Below are positions 36,193 to 49,000 of a DNA stretch of 64,000 nt, one piece after another (the first letter of the stretch is position 1; every line of letters begins with the position of its first letter). The translations under genes were made by a program, and so were the position numbers. The notes beneath the pieces were generated by a model, which was not told the origin of the DNA, searched no databases, and saw only the letters and a program-made list of their open reading frames with translations. The DNA comes from Phoronis australis (taxonomy: Eukaryota > Animalia > Phoronida), in assembly GCA_002633005.1 (NCBI GenBank), contig NMRA01000034.1:1015766-1079765 (forward strand), given 5' to 3'.

Positions 36193-36696
36193 AGGCCTTT
36201 CATACTAACGTCGACGCTTCGATGGTTTGGGGAATTGCGGTCAGTATGAACGCTTAACTCCCGTCCTGGATCGCAGTTAAGAGCTCCAGTTAACATGGCA
36301 GTTTATAGGTGGATTTAAGACCGCAGGGTCGACGCTGCGGTGGAGTACGAACGCTTAACTCCGGTCCAATCGAAGTTATCGCCAGGTGCCACTGTTATCG
36401 TCAACTGTTACGGAGTAGTGCCGTCACTAATAAAAACTTATTTTTTGCTTTAATGATAACCAATCGATTTAAAAATGAGTTCAATGTCATTTAGCACATT
36501 TAAATGTTCCAAATTGTCACATTGAAAAGATCTTAGCGTGCAGCGCTACCTTGCGATACCTTCGATGACGTCAGCGTCACCAACCCTTTACTTCGATGGT
36601 CATTAACTACCGAAGCCAGTATGAACGGTCCAGTTAACTGCGCTGTTTACGTCGACGCTTCGCTCAGACCGGAGTTAAGTCAACATGAAAGGGCCT
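36193..36696. mobile_element. About 500-bp MITE, PIF/Harbinger-like, with repeated subterminal motifs
   Basis: Ends AGGCCTTTCAT / ATGAAAGGGCCT; internal repeats GAACGCTTAACTCC (x2), inverted TTAACTCCGGTC / GACCGGAGTTAA, GTCGACGCT (x3). Confidence 0.65.
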
Positions 36697-39600
36697 TTTA
36701 TTTGGTATGGCAAAACATAGACGTAGCACATTTCTCTTATATAGAAAATGTGACCCTTGACCTCAAGTGACTTCAAGCAGCTAACTGTGGGCGCACGCGC
36801 ACATTTATCATAAGTGGGAGGGAGATTAGAAACTCTGTGGTAACCACAGAGTTTTTCATTCGAGAGTATTTCAAAAATCGTGAATTTTGTGATTTTTTCT
36901 GAAGATTTCCTCACAGGGGAAAGTAAATTACTCCGTACTAGATGTTGGAGATCATACTTTCGTCAAGAATTGCTTAAAAGATATTTTTGACGAGCTTTCG
37001 CTTTCCATGCCTCTTTAATGATCATCATTTTGTAGTGTTGTGAATAATAGTGTACATATACGTGAATATTTTTGTACTTCATTGTTTTAAGGCGGCTAGT
37101 GTTCCTAAGAGTCTCTTGCAATATCACGTTACTAGATTACTATTAGTAATCTGTCTCTATTTTACCTGTAAATTGTGATGAATAATATCTCTCTATCTCA
37201 GTAGTGGCCAATGAAATAACGTTTGGTGCACAAGTATGAGGAATTGTGTCGAAAAGTGTGGTTGGAAATTGTAATTAATCGTCTACAGTCTCGAATTGTA
37301 AACAATGATACGCGATCTTTGCACTTGATCGAAGTTCTTTCTACGGATAGCATTTGAAGTTGAGTGCGTAAAAGTCAGTCTGAACACAGAGGAAGTTCTG
37401 CGGAAATAACACCTGAAAGCTGAAATGATTGGTGTAGGAATAAAACTGTTAAATTAGTAAATGATGACTGTCAACACATACAATGTCACAACATCCGATT
37501 TTGATCGAAGCTGTACAGGGTGTGTAAAAACAAATGGCCGAGATACGGTTACTGTTCTGCACTATTTAGTCGGTTGCTTCGTTGAAAATGCGTACTCATG
37601 TTACGGCCTTTCTACGAGGGTGCATTTCTGTCTTCGCAAGTCACTCTCGTCGCCACGAATAGGAGGAAGATAGTAGCGGGTCGAAAGTAACGATGTGTGC
37701 AGACTACGCTTCAATGAAAGTTCCTGTACCATATACCCTTTTACAGGCACGTTAGTTCGAGATAGTTTTCCAGCTAAGTAACTAGGGCAACCCCCGGGGT
37801 ATTTACAAAAATTCTGGTTTATCCGTAAAGTAGATGAGCTGCAGCACAAAATGGACGCTCCGCCTCGGAGACACAGGGAACCCTCGAATCGAAAGTTGCC
37901 GCGCTTTCCCGACCGACGGGGAAGGTGTTGATGGCTTACTAGGGGGCCCATACTTTCTATAGCTTAGGGTTCAGGGATACCTTAATGCTGCACTGACTTA
38001 CATAGATGACATACTCAGTTAGTGCCATTTCCATTCCATGAGTATGTTTCTCACGGCCATATTCTCTACGAAAGGTTGCCTTTTCCAATTAAAATCTCTA
38101 CAGGATGTACACTTTATGGGTTGAGAACTCTACATATGTTGCAACAGAGCTCTACAGAAGAGTTGTATTTTATTCAATTTTGCAGGAGTAAAAAGGCTAT
38201 GGTTCGAAATGTCGTTTATTCAATTTTAATTCTACCGGTATGCCTTTTGTTGTGTTAAAGCCACTATAATAGGATTATGGTGAAGGAAAATATTCAATAG
38301 AATGACCTCTTATGGAAGCACCCAACAAATGGTTCTCTGTTAATCGTCTTTTTAAAAGGGTACCGTAATTTCCCAGTGGCACACTCCGTCAAAAGTACAG
38401 GTGAGTGTCCTTCGGGAGGGCAACCTGAGCCGGAGATGATTGTGCCGCTTCGTAGCATTCGGAAAATCTGGAGTATTTTCGTGGGATCAAATTTCCCCTT
38501 GGAGTAGTTGGTTATCTGCGCATGCGCAAAATTCAGTGCTACGCTCAATCGTTGTTTACTTTGAAAGTCTTTGAAGTCAGTGCATGCGCAAATACAGTTC
38601 ACCTCCGAGTGCATTGTCGCCTCAAATTTCCTTTCTGCGCATAAGCGAACTTCATTCATAGGTCAAGCCATGTGACTTTCAAATTGCTGAATGATTGGCT
38701 GTGTGGCTGAAGTTTGCACTTGCGTAGACTAGGTTAACTTCCTTGGGAGACACTGTACAGTTTTCAGCGTGTTTGTTTGGCAGCGCACACATCACTGAAT
38801 TTGTCGTTTTTCTTTCACTCTGTCGAAAACTCTAATGATATATCACGAAGTCTTGCTTGTTTCAGCATTTCCGCGTGTGCACAGAAGGCACGCCTGATCT
38901 TCCCGCGTTTTGTGCTTTTAGAAGTGCACGCATACTTATCGAGATTCGTAATAGGGGCTATTAGGGTGAGTGGCGAGTAAAACAACCTATATCTGAGAAA
39001 CAACGTAACCCTCCACTTTCACGCAGGGTTTACTGTTGTTAATTTTTTTACAAAAAGAATCCTTTTTAAATTTTAACTATTAGAAATTGTTGATAAAACT
39101 GCTACAATAGTGTTTAGGTCGTTTACACAATTAAGACTGATGTGGATTATCACCCACAATCATAACAAGCTCTCTGTCAAACAATGCTATTTATAATTTT
39201 GACGCCTTACGTCAAGTGCACTAAAAATATTTAACCCATTAAAAAACATCACGTGATTGACTTGTTTTGTTTATAATGCTACAGGAAATTTGCTGTAAGG
39301 TCAAACAAATTGTTTTTACTTGTTTACTACTACTTCATGAGTTTTTAAGCGTGTTCGCCAGAGATAGTATATTATCCTTTAATGACTTGAGAGTATGACG
39401 ACTAAGCGGTTAAAACGTGACTTTGATTTTTGGAAGTGCCCAGAACACAAACTCTGCAAAAAGGCTGAAAATACTCTTACACCGCGTTCTTATTAGTTGT
39501 GTCCAACACGTGTGGTTTCTCCAGGGCCAAGATAGTCCGGCGCAAGTGATCATGTGGGGATTAGCTGGCACGACTATGTCAAGTTGCCCATCTTTTCGAG

Positions 39601-42600
39601 AAAGTGCATGATGCTATGGGTGCAATAGCGGATCATCTAAATGCTCCTAACCAATCGGTTGCTAGGCTTTGTTCGGCCTCGGCGGCAGGTTCGGCTGCTA
39701 GACAGCTCGGTCACTGAATTGCTTTATGATCCTTACGGCAGCATTTACGCTGTGCAAAACAAGTGAACGTGACAGCGATCTTGCTTTGCAGTCCCGAGTT
39801 TAAGGATGATGTATTGAAAAAAGGCAGAAATAGTTCAGTATTTGAATTCCAGAACTCACATAATTCAACCTAAATGAAACTGATAACGATAATGGTGGAC
39901 TCAGAAAGTTCACGTAGCTCTGTCAATAAACGGAAAATTTTGCTCCTCTTGGACATTGGACTCTGCTTTATCCGCTCTTTCCCAAAATGGATTCGGGCAC
40001 CTAGCCACTACTTCACTTCTTGAACATCACTAAACATTACGGGTATGCAAAGTTGTTAGGGAATGTAAGAACTTTTCATGCACCGACAGAAACTAATGGG
40101 GTTCTGGTATGCATGTTCGTCTTCATATTCTGAAACCATGTTGGACGTCGACTTTCGGGTGTCGCACATGTTTAATTTTGTATGATCATTTTGTCTTTCT
40201 TGTTTATTTGTTACAGTACTTCATATTCACTGTCATTCATTTACGCGTTGAGTGTAGACCCTAGTAAAATCAACCAATTAATTATGGATACGCATCCGGT
40301 GAAAAACACAAGATCAGGCCGCTAGAATCAGGCAGGTTTAAAGGTCTTTTTTATCGTATGCTTACTTACACGTAACGTTACCTACCCGGTTGTGGTATTT
40401 TTTGATTATCTGCCTCTCACTGTCGAATCTTTCCCTAGACCACCTGTTTTACTTTTTCTCAGAGTCTTTGCAAATTATTCAGACCTGCACTTGCTGCGGG
40501 AGTACTTCGTGAGATAAGATGCCATGTTTTGCGACACGTCTCTGCACACCCGTGAATGACAGACTGGAAATATCCCAGGGATAGGTAGGTCATGGATTAC
40601 AAATCGGGGAAGGCGAGTCATGAATCACGTGCTGTGGAAACAGAGGTGCCCGTAACAATATAAATTAGATTGCTCCAGTTACCGATGGAAGTCGATGTCA
40701 ATCATTATTTACACTTGAAGCGGCGTTCTGTTGTACCGCATGAACTGAAACCGTCTGCTTCTTCGCAAAAGTTAACTTTCTGGCCTAAATAATGTATCCG
40801 TAACTGGTACAGGTGCTCGCACAGCTGCAAAAGTGTGATTTGATCAGAAAAGGGATAGTTGAAGCGCTCTATTCCAAAAATTAAGTGGGGTTTGTGTTAA
40901 CTCCTCGGTCTATAATTATCACCATAGCTCCCTCTGTGGAACGCTTTACAAGCTGAGAATTGTCAAATTTTCTTACAATAACCTATATGCGGGGTGCATT
41001 GTCTGGAGAGCCCTTTCTCCATTCAGCTAGGAATGACGTCACTTATATTTTTCTTTTTTTGTTCGGTGAAATCTCATTTAAGTATGATATTTTTGTTGCT
41101 ATACAGCGAAATAAAATTCAGGGTGTTGAGAGTGGTCGCTTGATACAGAAAGAAGAACATGAATTTGGGATACCATTTCGTGTTGGAAACTATAAGTAGA
41201 TTTTCCGAGTGAAATTACGCGATACAATGGACTTTTTCTTATTATTCACGCACGTTTAAAATTATATTGTGAGTACAAGACTGAAATTATTTTTGTTTTT
41301 TGTTTAAAAACTTTTGTAATATGTAAAAGTACACTAATACACCGTATTTTCTATTCTTTTGTGGAATTCGTAAACTGTCCGAATGTATTCCGTGTTCTTT
41401 AAGCTAGATTGAGTTGTAGCTCAAACATGTTTTTCCATTAGTTGCATGTGAGCAAAAGATATGTGTTGATTCGCACACAAGGTCATTTCCCATAAATAAC
41501 TTTCAAAAACAGCGGTGCAAGCATTGACCAGGCATTGACCTTTGTAGACAATGTTAAAATTCAGTTGTTTTAATGGGGCTATAAACCCGCCCTCTATCAC
41601 CAAACCAAATTTCCTGCCTTGCGCTACTTTCGCGGAAGTTCTCATTTCCATTTTGTTCATTCACAAACTTAGCCCTGGTACATAAGTTTAAATGACAGCC
41701 AGTGGCACGTTGTTACCCATCGTTACGGACTGTTTTGAACCAATTTCCAGTGTATGGGAGGTGAACAGTATCGAACAGATTGTAAAAAGCTTTCTAAAAC
41801 CTGTATCACCTGTCACTTTGGGCCTATACCCAAGGGTACTTGACTCTGTTTTCGACGGCGGAGAGCACCTGGAAAATTAGGATACCCATCGATTTAAGGA
41901 GTGTACATAAGGCACCCGTTTGTAGAGAGCTTCCGTTAATAAGACACCCTCTCATAGAGTTTTGTTCCATAAGCACCCGGCACCCCTTTATACGGGCCAA
42001 TTCCATAAACCCACCCATTCGCAGTGACTCTTGGAAACTGAATTTTAACCCATTAAACCTGCTTCAGTACAAAAGGGATGGGATACCATGTTGTCAAAAA
42101 ATGGGTATATCTTTTGCAACAAAATCTCTAGAAATATACACTATATTAAAAACTTAGATATGTGAACAAGAAACCTTTTTAGGGGTTTTAAATCCCAAAA
42201 TGAGCTCGTTTTTAGGTGAATTTGTGGGAAAGGCACCCTTTCGCAGAGAATTTTGTCAGAAAATTCACCTTGTTGTGGGAATTCTGGTCGTGGAAAAGCC
42301 AACCTTCTGAACGCCGGAGAAGAATCATAAACCCGGTTCGAGGTAGGAAGCATTTTCACAAAACCGTCGACGCACTCGCCTGAATTTTTGGTCTGACTTG
42401 CTTGTTAGAGGTGAGCAGCATTTTCCTTCATCCGCCGAATAGCTCGCCTAAATTGTTAGCCACGCTTGCCAATTTAGCATGCTTTGTAAGCAGTATTGAA
42501 ACTTACTCCAAACTTTTGAGGGTTGATGATTGTTACAGAATATTGCTCCTCATTGGCTTAAACGTGGTTAGAAAAAGCTTAACAACGGGAACCTCATTTT

Positions 42601-43315
42601 CAAAAATGAACGGGAAATTGTTGAAGGCAAAATTTGCACATGTCTCGGTCTCAACGGACATTATTGCTCTCCATTGTAATAACAGCAGAGGTTATTTGCT
42701 ACTGGAAACCTATAACGAAACACAGAAGCGTTTAGAGGCGGATTCAGGTTCAGGGAAGCGAAATGCGTGTCAATACCTAAGGTGCCTCTCTGACTTTGTT
42801 CTTAGCAATTTTAATCGTAGCGGTCTCCTCCATTGACAGCCAACCGGTCATGAACGAACGAAGCCTGAGTTGGTCATTCAAAAATGTAATGTTACGATTT
42901 CCGAAGGAAATCCTGCATCATCATTCACAGATTGTGAAATAGATGACTTAGTAACCGTTCATCCTGTCAGTTTTGTGACTTGGAGTACACTCGTATTTCC
43001 ACAACGGGAATTTGTGGTTTTTTGTTCTTTATGTAGGCCACGCTTAACATTACGCTTAAATTACAGAAATTTCCGCTTGTGGTTACGTCTTAATTTAACT
43101 TTGTTTAGAAGATCGACCGAAAACCACAGGCATTACCAACGCCTTTTCCTTTGTCACAGTGGGTACGGTAGTTTGTTGGGCTCAGATAGCGAATTCTGTC
43201 GCAGGCAAATTGCCTCCAGAATGTATCGGCGGTTGGTTAGGTTAGTCAACTGGTGAAATCAGGGGCATCCATTAATGTACTCGAGATGCGCATTATATTT
43301 GTGCCAAAGCTTTAT

Positions 43316-44201
43316 CAGGTTGTTCCATCGAAACAGGAACCCTGGTGTAAAACAGATATCCCGGAGTCGAAAGCAGACTCTCACACCTTCAAAACAGCTA
43401 ACCAGCTCGAAAACACGAAAACTGACCTTTAAAACAGGAACCCCGGGGATCGGACGGTAAAGCCAGGCAATTTTTTCAAATTTTCTTAGACCGTTATGAG
43501 TATCCTCAAACTTTGGTTGAAGCACCTTCACGACGAACTTTCCAGTTGTTTTGTGATTTTGAGTATTAAAACTGTCAATAATAAAACGTAACTTATATTA
43601 TGTTGCCTTTTTTATTTGATTTTAATCGGTAAATCTCGTGTCACTTGTCTGTGGACGAATTTCAAAAAAATCTATACCCTCAACACGTTGTTATCTCGAT
43701 GAATATTTAGTTATTTTCAGATTAGTCAACAGTCTCTCCAAAAATATTTTCAGAAATGAAAAACAAAAAAATATTATTTCGACTTTCGGGTGCCATTGTT
43801 GATTAATTTATTATGACATGTACGCATCGTGGAAGAAGAACAGTTGATTGAAGAACTGGGGAAAACTGGCCAATAAGGTGACGCAGTGGCGCCGAAAGCC
43901 AATGCAAAAGATTGCACCACTTTAGCAGCAGAATAACGTAGAACGCCAATTTTGTCTAATATCACAACAACTATTTAATATAGGAAGATTTATTTTTATC
44001 GAACAATGTTTGACAGAAAGTGCGGGATTGGTGTTTCTGTCCCTGGATATCCTGTTCGATCCGATCCCGGGGGTTCCTGCTTTTTAAAGGTCACGATTCG
44101 TCTTTTTCCGTATGGTTAGCTGTTTTGAAGGTGCGGGAGTCTGTTTTCGACTCGGGGTAATCAATTTTGCACCGGGGTTCCTGTTTCGATGGAACACCCT
44201 G
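43316..44201. mobile_element. 886-bp non-autonomous DNA transposon with about 140-bp TIRs and 5-bp TSD
   Basis: 43316-43456 is an inverted copy of about 44060-44201 (CAGG(T/G)TGTTCCATCGAAACAGGAACC...); flanked by TTTAT on both sides. Confidence 0.88.
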
Positions 44202-45915
44202 TTTATGACGTGCTTAGTTTTAAATAAATATACCTGCATGAGTAAGTCTCCCATATATCAGACACCATTTATTTGTCGAGTAAATGAATACTGTCAACCC
44301 CTCCCCAAGTAAATAACTTATTTCCCCATTTCGTATTAACTTTAGAATTCAGACCAATTCACAGTGTGGGGCGGAGGAACCTGCTTATTTAAATTCGTCA
44401 TCAGTAAAAAATACGAAATCCACGACAATGCTGATTTTGCTGCAAGTCATTATTTGCCTCAGAAGTGATGGTTTAGCGGATATGCTGTAACTAAATTCAA
44501 CATACATTACTGTTACAGAACTTGTCTACTATGTATAGTTGAACTGAAAGATTTCACTGATTGTATTTGCAAAATAAATTTCGAATACCTTTTTCCGACT
44601 CAAGTCTGTTTGCATATTTTGTTTGTGGTCGGTATCAATTTGTAATGATATGTTATGAAGTTAAAAAGTCTTCTATGATAGCCACTCTCAAAATTATTGT
44701 TCGAAATCGTCAGAAGTTCATGTTCAACCTGCATTTCACCATTTACTCGTGCGGTGACTCATAACGAATTCGTATACAGCTTTTCTTAATTTCCTCATCT
44801 ACTTTTTCTTTATGTTGGATAATTGATCAGTTCCATTTTAAGATCGTCTAAGAATTTTGGAATTTAATTGTTTCTCTTTCGTCACATTTTATTGTCTCAT
44901 GTCATGACGAGTTCATCGTGATAAGGGGAAGACTGGTTAAGTCTTCCTAATATTATTTAAGACCACTTTACAGATGCAAATTCAGAGCTGCGTTCTGTAG
45001 CCGCAAGACACTCGCGACGAAGGCACTTGCGACCAGAAATCTACCTTTATGGAACGGAAACGGAAACTATCCCATGATTCAACATTCCATACTCGCCGAT
45101 CAATCAGTTCAGTTGCCACCCTTTCGCTAGTGTAAGCTCCCGTTTGTATTCGCGAATAACTCGTGATTTTGCGTGATTTTGCTTTTTTGTGAGCGTCTCG
45201 AATCTACGGAACTCAGGCAAGATACCCAGGCAGTGAGACTGTCGTCGAACAACGTATTTTCCAGAGTCAAGTAAGGGGTTATCTTTCTTAAATTTCTCGA
45301 AGTGTTCTGTCAAAACTGAATTATCTTCTCTCAGAATTATCTAAAAATTCATTTAATTTCTATTCATAACCAAGCTTAATCATTCAGACTCGAAACAAAA
45401 CTGTACCCGCGAGTAAGCAAAACCAGATTGCCAGCAGAACTTAAAATCTAAACCAGAGCCGTATTGATTTAATTATTACTTGTTACGCTAAAACTTACTC
45501 CAGCGTATTTTGTGAGAAGATCGTGAAAAGACGATTAGTTTAGTGACCATACTTCTAGTCACTGTAAGAATTAAAATTTTGTCTATCCAACTGCACCGAC
45601 TTCATAGATCTGTACTTTTCAAAGAATTGATGCCGTTGCCATGGAGTCACCTGACTGGCTGACGGCTTCCCCACCTGTTGATTTGTCTCGATCAAAGAAC
45701 GAGAACTCGGTGAATATAATTCTTAAACATGGTTAACTGATATTGTTTTTTTAATGTTTATTATAAGTAAAAATTTAACATTGCATTCAAACGGTTCTCT
45801 GCTTGCGTCAAAGTTCAGCACCGACTACGAGGTGGTAGTTGGTATCAAACGGCCTTTAAAAAGCAACATGAAATCACGTGCTTCTGTCAAGTCGCTCCTA
45901 TCGTGTTGTCCCTTG

Positions 45916-46057
45916 CAGGGGCGGATCCAGGATTTTGAGGTGGGGGGGGGGGGNGGCAGGGCAGGGTATTAGCCAAGATTTTGCCGGTCAGAGTTTCGCA
46001 CTTCCGAACTGCCAAATGGAATCATGGCCCCCTTGGCCTCCTCTAAATCCGACACTG
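45916..46057. mobile_element. 142-bp MITE with 5-bp TSD
   Basis: Ends CAGGGGCGGATCCAG / CTAAATCCGACACTG; CCTTG duplicated at 45911-45915 and 46058-46062. Confidence 0.8.
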
Positions 46058-49000
46058 CCTTGGGCCCTCAATACTCGTTGCCTTGTCTTTAAACCATGTA
46101 GAAAGTCGTCAGCTCGAACAGGTAGTGAAATTCATTTCATGCATGTATTCTGCTACTGCTCGTCTGGCAGTTATCTACTTGTAAATTGTAACCAGACTGT
46201 CTGACGTACTGGTTATCGTACACACGAATAGTCGTTGTGTTATATTTGGATCTAATTTCACTGTAATCCTTTTCGTAGGTGCTTATAGTTCGGTTACTTT
46301 GTAATTTTTATTTATGAAGTTTTCAGTAAATAATTTGCATTCTTCTTATGAGGGACAGGCGTTAGATAATACCACTTTAAAATTTAAATGTTGCAACGAT
46401 GTTTAGTTCCATCAGATCTAAAGCCTCGCACCACGACATGTCCACCGTTAAGCTGACATCCCAGGGTACGACACGAAGTCTAAACAGTCCCCTCGGGGAC
46501 GTGCAAGCCGGTCTTTGAAAACTGACGTCATAAGTTACGAAATAGTGATCATAAACACAATTACGTACATAGAATGATGTGCGCCTGAACGCATTTAATG
46601 GCTTATTTGGGAATTAACTGGCCCAGTGGCTTTCTGCAACTGCAGAAACCCTGGGCAACGCGGTTGTGCACACTTCTATATGCTGAGAGTACGCTTGTGT
46701 TCGCGGAGTAAGTGTTGAGTATATGAACTAAAAAGATAGCAAAGCAACGCATATTTGCAAGTCAAAACATGAAATTTGTATGACAGGAAACCAATTCTCA
46801 ACCTTCCAGGGCAAACCGCCGTTGTAAACTGACGGAAGTCAGGAGATGAAGATTTTCGGAAGAGGGACTTACGTAATATTTGATGCATTAATTACATCTA
46901 ACGTCTGTAGACCGATGCCGTAAATGCCCTTCCTATTTACGGCCTCAACGTGAAAATTATTAAATAATCTAACCAAACTCTGGCAAACCCATCCCAACAG
47001 TTCACTTGCAATTGTTTTCTACCATGAGAGGTGAGAGATCGCCAGCGATTGAAGGAAGTAGCATACTTTTTGAGTGGAGGATTTGGTCTGGCCAGTCAAA
47101 ATCTATTTATTACTTGAATGAGATTTTAGGAAGATCATTCTCTAACATAAAATTTGAGACGCATATTACATCCTCTATTTCGTGTTTTTGAGTTTCCTGG
47201 TTTTTGCTTTAGATCTTGTTTCGGCTTTATTTCGGTGGCCAATCGTACAAAAGCACAATATTTCAAATCCTTGTCAGTGTGTAAGTGAAAGTCGAAGAAT
47301 GCCTACTTACAAGGCTTTACAAGTTGTATTTTATTGTTTGTTTGTATCACTTCTATAATTTTTATTATATTATGAACTCACGCGCCATACGGAATAAATA
47401 ATGCTTTTATTATGTTAAAAGGACATCGTTTTGATGGCCAGAAACGCATTTTTTGGATTTTTGTTGAGTAAGCTAGAGTTTTGAAGTTATTAACTTTGAC
47501 CACACCTGTCAAAACAATTAAACAATAAAATCCGTTGTGTTTTTGTTGTTACATTACAAATCGCATTCTCGCCGAGATGCCGAGAATATTTAAATTGTAG
47601 CAAGCGCCGCCTAGTGACTTCCTGGAGAACTGTCTGTATATGTATAATCAGGAAAAGAAACAACTTGTAAATAAATAGCGGTTTTAAAGAAAGCACCACA
47701 ACTGATACACTTGAAAACAAACGTGAACATATAGGAAACCCTAGTAAATACAAATATTGCGCAATCTTTATTTGATAGCGTAATAAACAAATAATAAAAA
47801 TTGTGACTTGTTTCATTAGGGTCATGATGAAATATTACCATACTCATTTACATAAAAATAGTCTCGCAAAACGAGACATTCGCGAGATTGTGATTTTAAC
47901 AGGTTCGTGGATAGTTTACGGCACACTGGAGGACGCGGGATTGTTTGTAGACTAGTACTTCATTTGCATATTCTCAATTTAACGAGACTATGCATCTTTA
48001 AATACGCTGAATTACTCTGTCTTATTGAGTGTGATTCATCTCAGCCAGTTGAGTGTTGAGTTCGATTCCGTGTTTGAGTGTGATATCAGAAAATGATTTT
48101 TGTTGCCGAAATTGTCCCGTAAACACCTAAGAGCTTTTGAACGTTGTTACCTTCGATTACATTGTGTATATGTTTGGTTACAAATGTACCCTTGTGCTGA
48201 CTAAACTCACCTTTTTACAGGGTGAGAAAGGGTTTTTAAAATTATAAGGCGCTTTAAACAAAAAAAATGTAAACTTGAGAATCATCGCATGTCATGCATT
48301 ACTACTCCTTCGATCATCTTGCTCCTTTAAAACTGAATAGCACTTAAAGATACACTTTCCGTGTCATTTTAGATTAAAAAATTCTCAAAACGATTTTAAC
48401 GGATGTTATTTCAGTCGAAACCTAAGCCTAAACAATGCTCACTCAACACAACTACGAATTTAGTACGAATGTTTTATTTATTTTTTATTTATGGTTGATG
48501 CACCACACCTAGAATAGTCACTATTGTGAGTGACAGTTGACTCATGCATTATGGGTACTCGCTCAATTGCCGCTAAAGGTAACGAGGGAAGCTGTTAAAA
48601 GTTATTATTAAAATAGTAAAATAAGGCAAACACAAACAACTTACGAATTATTTACATTTTAGTGATGTCTCTTAACTGACGGAAATCGTCCAACATTCTA
48701 AATTAATGTATGTAAAGGAAAAAATATCTTTAATGTATTTCACAAAATAAAAGCAGACTATGAAAAAGCTAGTTGCGCCATGAGTTCATAAGACTGTCGA
48801 AACCAAGAAATGTGGTCAAGTGTAAACTGGTTGACACCGCACTGGATAACCAAGTGAAATCAAACATGCTAAAAGATAATTAAAGAGACTTAGCCATGCA
48901 AAGTATGTTTCACCTCCGCCATGTGGTGATTAAACAATAGTTTTCATCCGCGAGCAGGTTATGTGAGCATCGTCAAGTAATAAAGCGAGTTAAACAGCCA

